Below, in pieces: positions 53,414-64,000 of a stretch of DNA of 64,000 nucleotides (within the stretch, counting starts at the first letter, position 1; the number at the start of each line of letters is the position of its first letter). The stretch is taken from NCBI GenBank assembly GCA_043228905.1, contig JBHGNT010000003.1, positions 434,001-498,000 on the forward strand, written 5' to 3'. Below the pieces are notes generated by a model. It saw nothing but the letters and a program-made list of their open reading frames with translations, made no database searches and was not told where the DNA came from. The DNA comes from Azolla caroliniana (Eukaryota; Plantae; Polypodiophyta). The position numbers and the translations under genes were made by a program.

Positions 53414-55020
53414 GGGGGGGAGTCTGGACTCTGTTTTAATTTTTTGTATGTGTTATTTCGTTAAATTCCTGCAGGATCTTCTTGTATAAGTTAAATTAGG
53501 CATTTTACTTTAGATTAGTGCAAATAATAAACATTGAAGTTGAGGGATCCCTTGAAAGAGAGAGAGAGAGAAGAGGGTTTTCATGATGATGATTGATGAT
53601 TATGTGATTATGTTATTTATGCAGCATTACTTGGCTTTCCGTCCACGACTTACCTGTCTGTGGTGACATGCCTCCGATTAACATTACCATGTCCTGAAGT
53701 GATTAGCAATATCACCTATTTTTAAGCATCTCAAAATGATCCCATTCCCAATGATGTGCATTAAGTGTTCTTTTCTAAACAAAGTAGCCAACATTGAATG
53801 TGCATAAGGTAAGTTGAATCTTGACGTTAGCCTTCTAATGGTACATGTCCTCTTGTGCACATAAACAATCCTCATTTCTGTCTATGGTCTAGTTCATAAG
53901 TGGCAATTTTCTCTACCATATATCCACTCTAATGAATTGGTCTCCATACACAACCAATGCACCATGTGTTGTCAAACCCAAGCAAAAAGGTCCTCTGGTA
54001 ACCATTCTCTCGTACAAATCATGGCATTATCTCAAGGTTTCAATAATGTGCACATGCCTAGATTTTAGCAAACATGTATTTAGGAACTCTAAAGTGAAAT
54101 GTCCAAACCTTTTCCCTATAAATTAGTTGTCTAATGGGAAGGGGCAATAATGTTCATTATCCAATCATCGTCATTGTTGTATATAACATGTATTTCTCCA
54201 ATAATTGGATGTATATGCAACTCTCACTACATTTGTTATAGTGGGGTGTAGTAGACAATTGGCCTACAATGAACAAATCCATTCATTAAAAGAAAATGAC
54301 CTTCAACTATTTCTTTGATGTATGCCATAGTAAACTATTAACTTCCATATATAAGCATTAATATGAATTATATGGCGTACAATAGAACGATCCTTGCGGC
54401 TTCAAACACGTGTGCTTTCTTCCATGCTTGAGATAGAGATGCCCATTTTGTCTAATCATTTGTTCTGTCATAGACCATATACATATTTCTTACTTCCTAC
54501 GTGGAGTCAATCACCTTAGCAACTCTCAGAAATGACAATTATGTTTATTGTTTATGGACATTAAGCTCGTTTCTAGAAACTTTGTTTGTTTACTTGCACC
54601 AATTCTCAATATGTACAAATCGAACTCCCATATGTGATTGACCTTTCTTGTATGTGGCTTAAACTTCGCACCACCCTGTATGCGAGTGACTGTCACCGGG
54701 AGAAGCAACATGCCAGTCTCGGAAATGAGACCCTAGGAGATAAAGAGGTCAGGCCCATTATATGTATGTATGAATGGTGAACACTTGGACCCCTTCATGA
54801 TATTCTCAAAATTCTCAAATCATTCACGTTGGTTGTTTGGAAAAGAAGAGATTCTTCTTCTTAATTATTATTATTATATAAGTGGCCTCTTCAATCCGCT
54901 ATAACTACATTTTTTTTACAAACAGAAAATCGGGTAATAGGTATTATGAACGCTCAGCACAGAGTGACCACGTCCCAGAGAAATCCCTACCCTAACCCTA
55001 ATTCGATGCGAACGTAGTGC

Positions 55021-58000
55021 ATGATTCGGTTAATCTCCTTTTACGGGATGAATCATCTATCATTGAAGAGAAATCTTCTCAATACGATGATTGGTACGTG
55101 CATGCTCTGTTTTTCCAGACCCTAAACTCTGTATAAGAATCTCTAAAAGCAAAAAGCCCAGATGGCAACGATAAATTTGCATAGATTGTTACGTTTTTTA
55201 CTCATCAACTCTATGAACGCGGTGCAGGCATACTACTTCTTTTTCACATGCAGTTGCGCTGTAGATGAGATGTCTAATATTAGAGCAAGGGGTGGTTCAT
55301 AAATTGTTAATTGTTCAGCAAGTTCTCTACGAATGTAGCTTTTGGTATGATGTCTAGTTTTTTGAGAATATCATACAGTGTTCCAAAATTCTGTATTTCC
55401 AAAGCTAGTGCTTCTAAATTGATATTCAAACGTTCCAACAATCTGTATTATAATATTAACTATGCCTCACCTTCAATGGCTGCAAAGTGAAGGAAGATAT
55501 TTGATACCTTACTCGGTTATTCACACAGGTACGATGTCCATGATACTCTCCAACCAATACTTCAAGGTTCATATGCTTGGTTCAGATGAATATGCTTCCA
55601 GTGAACTCGATGTAGAAATTCAAAGGGAGATTGATGCCACAGGTCATTGGCTTAACCATAATGAGCCACAGGGTATGAGAATGATTGCAACCTACTCACA
55701 CTCTTGTGCATATTTATCATAAAATATGTTCCGATGTTATACGCAGTGTCTAGATAGTGTATTGTATAAAAGCCCATGATCGGGTGAGTTCCATGCACAG
55801 TGTAGAACACAGCTGGGAAATGGTGAAATGGAGTTTCAGAGTTTTCTCCAAAGACTGAATGAAGGATATGCGAGGTCAAATGTAGAATGCTGAACATGTA
55901 GACAAATATTATTGTTGGTCTATACCATGTACATAGCCAATTGATATCCTCTGGCCATGGGTGGTGGAAGTAAAAAATATATTCTTGCTGGAAGAAAAAG
56001 AAGTCAAGTTGCTCAATGCTATGCCAAGGATAAATTTCCTACATTGCATGTTGGTTTTGTATTCAAATTTGCATGCATGCATTTAATTGGAATCAAATTT
56101 CTGTTTATTTCTTGGATAGGAGGTGCACAATTTGAAATTACTGAAGACAAGAAGAAGAAGCACACTATTGATGCGATTGCCAAAGATTTTGAGAACCTTT
56201 TGGAGAGATTGGAGATTCGAGACCAGGAACTTTCTCATTTTGAACAATCTGTTTTTCCATCATGCATAGGTTCTCACAGAACTTCAAACCATTATGGAGT
56301 GGGGGAAGAAGAGCCTCTGACTGTGAGACAATCGGCTAAAGATGTTGGATTTCAGAACAGTCTTTTAGCTACTCAAGATCTTATTCGCCCTCTTTATTGC
56401 TTCGAGGAAGAAGAAATTTGTCATTTTAAAGATGATTACCTTCTCAAAGAACTGACCTTAACCCACAAAAAGAAGAAAATTATGTTGGAAAAATTAAAAA
56501 GGGCACCTAAACCAAAGGCAGATACAGCCCAAACTGAGGGGAAAATCCCAAGGTTTGGATATTTAGAAGACTTAAACAGAACTCTTCATGGTAGACTGCG
56601 AGTGCATTTGAGTGAACCTTTTCTCTCCATACACAAAAAGACACCTAAAACTCCTGACGGAGAGTGGGATGATCTACATAAACTGAACCAGAAATCAGAT
56701 TTTGCAGATAAAGTGAGTACTGGAATATGTGAAATAGGAGCTTCAAAGCGGATACACCACCATACAGGATACCAAACTATCTCTAAGATGCAGAACAGTG
56801 GAATTGATTGTAGAAGAAGCATACGCATCAAAAGTTGTTTTAGTGGCATTCATTTTACGAAACAGTCAAAAACTGAGGTAATTTTAAAGTTAGGTGTACA
56901 AGTTTTATTCCATTATTTTTCCTCTCCCCACAAATGGGAAAAAGAAAACAAAAAAACAAATATGACCTCAAAGCATAGGGTTCCCATTTTTTTTTCGTTT
57001 GCTTTAATTATTATATTTTCTTCCCTCCCCCCCCCACAAAAGGATAAAAAAGAGGTGTAAATTTCAGCTAAGACACAGGGATTTGACTATAAACCTGATG
57101 GTCTGAAAACTTAAAATTATCCATAGGAAGTGCTAATGTAAAACTGCTCTAGTGAATAGCCGAGACTGGTGAGAGCTATCGATACAGGTGGATGTTCTGA
57201 GTGTGGAGATCTATTGGACCCCAGGGATTGAGTATGCCACAAGAAGAACATTCTGTGAATATATATGGCTCACATGATATATGACTAGTTGATGTGGAAT
57301 TATTATAGATGAGCAAAGTTATATGACTAATTTTGAAGCTAATCAAAGAAACGATGAGAGAGCAAGGACACAATATTACTTCCACAAAGAGGAGGTGCGT
57401 TTAAATGAGCAGAAGGTACAACAAGATTAGCTCTTTCTTTTAACATCACCGTTCCTATATTATCTCCTTTTTAGGGAGTATTCACATATGATTTGTCCAT
57501 ACACGTGAATATTCCTCCCTTTGTCGTATGGTAAGCTACACATGTGGATTCCCCCCCCGCCCTTTGCCGACAATAAAGACAAAAGGAATAATATTGTAAA
57601 GCTACACCAATAGCAACATAGGAGTAGCAGATAGTGCAATATTGTGGTCATCTACTAACTAGCCTCTACCTTGTGAACTCTTGGTTCATAACCTCATCAG
57701 TAACTCATCCAAATGCACTCTCATCAAGTAGTAGATTGATGAGATCAAGGCTGTGACCTCCTCTACCCCGCTCTTGATGAAGGTTTATAATAAAGAGCAA
57801 GTTACAAATTGAACCTCCTTTCTATTCAAGCTTTTTGATTGCCTTGGCCTTGAATCACAATGCTTATCATTGGATAAGGTCATTCAGCTTAAATATTTTC
57901 TTGCAGAAAAGTTCTGTGATTGAACTCTTATGATTTAGCTGTTTATTCTGGTATGGCAGGTAACATTGACCATGTGTCGCACACCACTGACAGTAAAGCT

Positions 58001-60072
58001 GAAATTCCCACTTTCAGTAGATCCTGTATCTCAACAGTTGATGACGATTACAGATAAAGCATCATCAGTGAGCTTTTATGCATTTCTTGAAGGTAGAGTT
58101 CCTAGCAAAACCATGCAAAGAGATTCTAGTAGTGTGCAAAGCTTCCTGTCGCAGATTCCCAGTGTTGGTGGCTTTGATATTATTCTGTGTGTTGGTTTAC
58201 AAATTTACAGGTTGGGAGTAACTCTTCTAGACGGAGCATGCTGTGCAACATCATTCCTATGCAAATCAGAATACCCTCAGTTCTTATGCATGAACCACAG
58301 ACACAGCCCTCCATGGTGGAGGAATGAACATGGTTACCTACCTCCTACAGAGGAGAGATGCTTACCATTTGCTTCTGATATGCATAGTAAAAATCCAAAT
58401 CGAAAAGGAAAGTGTCATCTTATAGACTATTGCGAGGAAAATAATGAATTTCAAGTCCTCATGCCAGAACTTTTGAAGGCTGATCTTGATGATACATTGG
58501 ATTTGCATGAAAGTGCTACAAGTTTACAAAGAAAAGAATGTTATAACCTTCACAATATAGTAATTGTCCAAGCAGCTGTACGAGGCTACTTAGGTAGGCA
58601 ACATTACAAGGCCAAGGTAGAGGATAAACTGAAGAAAGTATGCTGTTTGATAACTAAAGTACAAGCATGCTGGAGATGTTGGAAATTAAGGACATTATAT
58701 ATTCAAAACTATCGGAAGATAATAACTGTCCAGTCACATATTAGGGGTTTTTTGGCTAGAAAAAGATATAAAGCTTCCCTGATGGATGCCAAAGAAAGGA
58801 AATTATATTATTTAATATCTAGAGTTCAAGCCCATTGGAGGGGGAGGAAAATAAGAGAATTTGATGTGTTGCAAACCCTATGTTTGGAAAGAATGGCTCA
58901 GGAAAAATCAGCGATAAAGGTTCAAGCTATGTGGCGAGGCATCCGAACCAGAAAGAGGTTTCTAGATGCAGTGAAAAACAGCAAATATGATGATTTTGAT
59001 GAATTTGACTATTCCCCAGTTAATGATGCTGATTATTTGCCTTTGAAGCTTAATTTTGAAGAGATTGATGTAAATAGGGAAGTGTTTTGCAGTGAAGGTC
59101 AATTGACATCCTCTCAGCAGGTGCAATAAACATGGCAAAAGAAATTAAAAAGATTTTGCATTCGAAAATAAACTCCTAATGCTGACAAGGTGATTTTCTC
59201 CACAGCATCACTTGCTGGATCATGGTGATGTTCCAAAGTTAGTACTCTCTCCGAAGGCTGTCCATCCTGCAAGTGAAGATTCTTCTAAGGTGCTTATTTA
59301 ACAAAACACAGCCGGATAAGCTAAAATGGATTGTAGTGCCTGTACCAGATGATGTATTCATACAAGTTTCACTAGTAAAATATTACAATGTGATAAGTGA
59401 CATGTTTTCCTTATTTATCTTATACAGAGAACGTTTACAGGGGTAGATAAACATCAGGTGACCATAGAGGAGAGGAAATCTGCTGTCGCTGAAATCGTAA
59501 AAGACTGGTATGATTTTTTCTGCTTGATGAGATAAATATCTTCACATGAAGGTACTGAGGATCATCTGCATCCACTATCATAACATATGGCTCAATTGTG
59601 TTGACAATGAAGTCATACAATGCGGAAATCTAATTTGTACTGGTGACATCAGGGGTCACATTGCTCGAAACTGCCTAATGATATTATGTTGAGCTCTACA
59701 ATGTCTAATGATGCTTGAGTTATGCATGTGTATATATAACCCACTTGTTAATATAGGGGTTTCAAAGAAGAAAAGACTGCTTTGCAATTTTTAAGAGCTT
59801 TGGAGAACACCCAAAGGCGAGGAGAACCCCCGAAGGCCATAAAAGCAGGCAAGCATTCATTTACTTCCTTGTTTGTATTAAGTATGTTTCATTGTCCTCT
59901 TCATATATCTATCTACATGGGCTTTGTTGCCATTCACTCAGATTCTATGACACAATTGAAGGCGAGAAATGAGAGAGACAAACGCATTTTATTGAGAACT
60001 AGTCAACATGCAAATACAAGTATTTCTAAGCAAACGCTGAAGTCATCTGCAACACAACTTGGGATCTTCTAA
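55021..60072 (+). CDS. Multi-IQ-motif protein, LRRIQ1-like. Approximate exons 55021-55093, 55529-55671, 56120-56877, 57960-59120, 59206-59289, 59428-59507, 59757-59849, 59942-60072; start uncertain
   Basis: Five IQ motifs (e.g. VQAAVRGYLGRQHY, VQSHIRGFLARKRY, VQAMWRGIRTRKRF), acidic YDDFDEFDY, spliced DW/GFKEEKTALQFLRA resembling the LRRIQ1 C-terminal WGF motif, N-terminal ELDVEIQREID. No LRRs seen. Confidence 0.65.
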
Positions 60073-62178
60073 ATGATATCATGCGATCCCTGAGGTTTTG
60101 ATCTTCAGAAGACAGTGGCCAATTGTACAAAATGCCATTATGTTGTTGCGAGTGATTATCAGATGTAATATGGCTTATGATTTAGTCATGTTGATTATAA
60201 TTGAGATTTTGAATCCACAATGCCAAAGTTGCCCTATTATAATCAATCGATTTGTTTTCATCGTAAACAACCATATAAATCAATTTAGTATTGGAATGTT
60301 GGATCAATAATAAACAATACTGCCAGAAATAGTTGCTACTTACTATATCATTGTTTATGATAATAAGTATACATATTGTAGTGGTCTATTAAGATTTTAA
60401 AAACTTAAATGCATTCATGTTCAAAACACAAAAATATAGGACAAACATTCTAAGATCTTCTAAAAGGTGAGATGACCAACTAAAAGCATCTTGAAACAGA
60501 TTGGAGTACAATCAAACATTGTCAAGCCAGTATTCGTAGCAAGTGCACACTTCAACATTTATAAGATAAATTAATATAAACGAAAAAGAGAGATATGATC
60601 CCAACATTTAGCAGATTATGATGCTAATTGGCATTAATCTAATGCAAAAGTGGGTGCTATTTTTAATGAAGCTGAAATGTGCCATTGTTCAAAGTTTTGA
60701 AAGTAGGAAGAAATCACTGTTTGTGAAAATTATGGCATATGCAAAAGCCATTTCTTAAGATAAAAAGGAAGCACTTTCCAATAATGGACGTTATATGTCC
60801 AAATAATTCAATTGGGTTTAAATGTTTGTATGCAACAAATTTGAAATATAGAAGTAATAGTTTGTGTGAAGCGTTGACATCTTAGAACATTCTCAAGTCA
60901 ACTTGAGTGCTGTTATTGATTATTAAAAGAGTTGAAGGACTACACATTGCCATGTCATGGAAAACATAGAATTCTTTGAAATTCCATATCATTTAAAGAT
61001 ACATGTGTTGCACTACCACTATATGTAGTCACAATTTCATAAAACTCATGATGTTGATTAAGAAGTTGATCTTTGTCTACGATCATTGAGTATGTTGCCA
61101 TTTCTTTTTCCTCGCAATTCCACTATCTTGGGTTAAATATCATCCTCACATGATAATTTGTTTCCTTTCTGTCATTTATATTTTAAAGCCAATGCCTTCA
61201 TTGTCACTCTTAACAATTATTTTCTTTGCAAATGTCTCTATGACTAACATCATGGATTACCAAATTGATTAGCAAGCCTAAATCTTATTTCAAAGATACA
61301 AAAGGTTCTTTATCCATGGGGAATTTACCCAAAACGTTGTAAGGATTTGGAAAATGACAAAGTCAATATTCTCATTGAAATTCATTGACATGAATTCAAC
61401 ATATTTTGATGGATACCCAAATCATAATTAGTTATTCTCAATTTTAATCACATAATTGGGAACAAAATTAATTGAAAAGGCGATTATTTACACTAATCTA
61501 GTTATTGGGAATAGCTTCTATGAAAGTAACAATACACATTTTTCTCTTTGTCATCTTGCAAACACCCTGTAATTTGATGGGGTATTCATATAAAAGTTCT
61601 CTCCATCCCTTGTTAAAATGATGTTTTGGGTTGAGTCACCATCACTAAAGCTCTTATGGAGTTCAACTACATCATGCATTCATTCCATTGCAAACATGTA
61701 TTTGCCAACTCTCAACCTAATCAGTGGCTTTATACGTTTGCATTTTTACAGACATACAACCCCCAACCACATATTCCACGTAATTGTCACTAGTCCAAAG
61801 ACCAAACCTCCATACCAATCATAAATCTTGACCCTCATTAGTTCCCTTGACCTAACCCTCGCAAAGTAAATGCTCAGAACGCAATTGTTGAGATTCCTCA
61901 GTCACATATTGTCAATTTGTGCATGGATTAGGCACGATGCACGAGTCGAGCTCAATGCTAGTGCGTAGTATTGAGCCCATGGTCAAAAGCGATGTCAAGC
62001 ATGCGAGGGTTTGAAGTTACGAGGTGTAGAGCCTGATCACGACCATCTTGAATTCGGAGACCGGCTTGTGGCCAATGTTCTACGCATGTGGAAGTTCATG
62101 ACTACACCAAATGGTGCTAACCGAATGGCCGATTGACCAATGTGCGTGAGAGAGTATACATATTCATTGTTGTTAAAA

Positions 62179-63252
62179 GGGAAAAGTACCAAGATACCCC
62201 TGGAAGTTCATCTATTTACCAGAATACTCCTGGAAGTTCCAAATTTACCAAACTACCCCTATGTCCAAAAAAAATACACTTTATAAAGTAATTATACACT
62301 CAAATCTACAAGCTCTATTTACCAGAATACCCTTCAAACACAAATTTCTTTACTTAAGCGATTCTTTGGGTCCTTTGTACCTAACAGTGTAGTCTTTCTT
62401 TTCTTTCTTGTTCATTGGGTTGATCAATCGTCTTCATCATCAGGATATGGGGTTACCCTGTGCATTATTAGATATTTTGTTGAGTCGATAGATATATTTG
62501 ATTTTGTGGATATTTTTGGAATTACACTTTTTGTAGACGGATCAAAATTAACATGTAATTATTACATTTCGATAATTAAATTTGGTTTGCAAGTATTTTT
62601 TTAATTGCGGAGATTTAGTTGTGATTGCATTTTACTAACAAAATTTAGTGTAAAATCATGAAATTTGGTTTAAGATGGCATTTTAATAGCAATGTGTTAT
62701 GTGAGATTTTGTTTAAAATGACATTTTGGTAACAAAGTTATTCGTGAGATTTGGTTCAACATTTTGGCGGCAAATTGTTTGTGAATCCACAAATTCATGG
62801 AATTTGGCTTCAAAATGGCATCTCAATGGTAAAATTTGGTGTGCGATCAAATGTTTTGGTTTTAAGATCAAGTTTTGGTCACTGCAATCACAAAATTTGG
62901 TTTTATGGGATTAAGCCAGTATAACTTGGTGTAAATTAATAGAATTGGATTTTAAGGTGACCTTTCAATTGAAATTTTTGATATATAATATAATTTTGAT
63001 AATTTAGTTTGATTTATGATGTATTTTGAAAAATAAAAGTGGTATAAATTGGTCAAAATAGGTATATAGTGGCATTATGGTAAATAAGTTTAGTTTTAAG
63101 GGTACTCTGGTAAATAAGGCTTGTAGATTTCAGTGTATAATTACGTTATAAAGTGTATTGTTTTGGACATAGGGGTAGTTTGGTAAATTTGGAAAATCCA
63201 GGGGCATTCTGATAAATAGACGAACTTCCAGGGGTATCCTGGAACTTTTCCC
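62179..63252. mobile_element. Non-autonomous Mutator-like element (MULE), 1074 bp
   Basis: ~160-bp TIRs starting GGGAAAAG / ending CTTTTCCC; perfect 9-bp TSD TTGTTAAAA at 62170-62178 and 63253-63261. Confidence 0.93.
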
Positions 63253-63394
63253 TTGTTAAAAATAAGCCATTGGAATTCTCTTGAATCACTATGTTATGTA
63301 TGAGTGCCAGTGGCCACCACCACACCATATCTCTCTTGCATGATCGAAATTCGAACACATAACATAACACACATAACACACACACACACACAGA

Positions 63395-63430
63395 GGAACA
63401 GGAACAGGAACAGGAACAGGAACAGGAACA
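63395..63430. repeat. (GGAACA)6 microsatellite
   Basis: Seen directly. Confidence 0.9.
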
Positions 63431-63452
63431 GGGCAGCAGCAGAGCAGGATCA

Positions 63453-63649
63453 ATGGGCACGTCGCGACCTCTCTCTCTTTCTCACCCCATTCCATCGCCG
63501 TCTCTACTTCATCATCTTGCTCGTCCTTTGGCCTCCATGCCTTCTCCATCCATCTCTCTCAGATCCAATCCAAAGACAATAGCTAGATGTCGCTCACAGA
63601 TGAAATGTCGAGCTTCTGATTCTCAGTCGCAGCTTTCAGTGACAGAAGG
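63453..63649 (+). CDS. Possible first exon of a gene with a transit-peptide-like N-terminus
   Basis: S/P/R-rich MGTSRPLSLS...MKCRASDSQ followed by a GT donor and a T-rich intron-like stretch. The putative next exon has stops in every frame, so this may be a pseudogene. Confidence 0.3.
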
Positions 63650-64000
63650 TGACCCATCTTTTTTGTTTTTACATAGTTCGTTTCTGTTTTTGAAGAATCA
63701 TATGGGAAGGACATGGAGTCATTGGTAGTCGGTTCCTTCCTTGAGGTAGAGGAGTTTCTCGATTGATTCAAGGTAGTTCAGGTAGTTAATGAATAAAAAA
63801 TAACAGTTTTTTTTTCTTCATTATTAAGTAGACAAAAGTTTTTGATGTCAAACTGTTAGTCAGTGAAGCGAAATATCTGTCAAGTAGATCGATTTCTTTA
63901 ATTTCAAACTGTTAGTTAGTTAAGCGTAAGAACTTCTTCTTTTTTATAGCTAGGTCAAAAGATAACTAATGCTGTATGTCAGAATCACTGTCCCAGAGTT

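Overview
Eukaryotic plant nuclear DNA, probably from a seed-free vascular plant such as a fern. This is an inference from the Tcn1-type chromovirus, a LRRIQ1-like gene and the L1 ORF2 tail. The first 5.4 kb is a decayed Ty3/Gypsy chromovirus (- strand) with a 424-bp 5' LTR. It has a Tf1-type self-priming PBS, a gag-pol -1 frameshift signal and a tRNA-like A/B-box segment in the LTR, and a second LTR is nested in its chromodomain. Next come the 3' half of a GH27 alpha-galactosidase (not apparent in the ORF track), TE relics and a 100-N gap. Five intact-looking genes follow: GIF/AN3 (-), cinnamate 4-hydroxylase CYP73A (-), RAD1 of the 9-1-1 clamp (+), an intronless MYC2-like bHLH (-) and RFC1 (-). 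A multi-IQ LRRIQ1-like gene (+) of less certain integrity comes after them. An 11 x 326/327-bp tandem array begins 152 bp after the MYC stop codon. A 5'-truncated LINE and a non-autonomous MULE with a 9-bp TSD are also present. No novel system can be proven from the sequence alone. The best candidates are the tRNA-like module in a self-priming LTR, the TAGTACTA enrichment in the retroelements and the tandem array at the MYC 3' end. All exon coordinates were read by hand.
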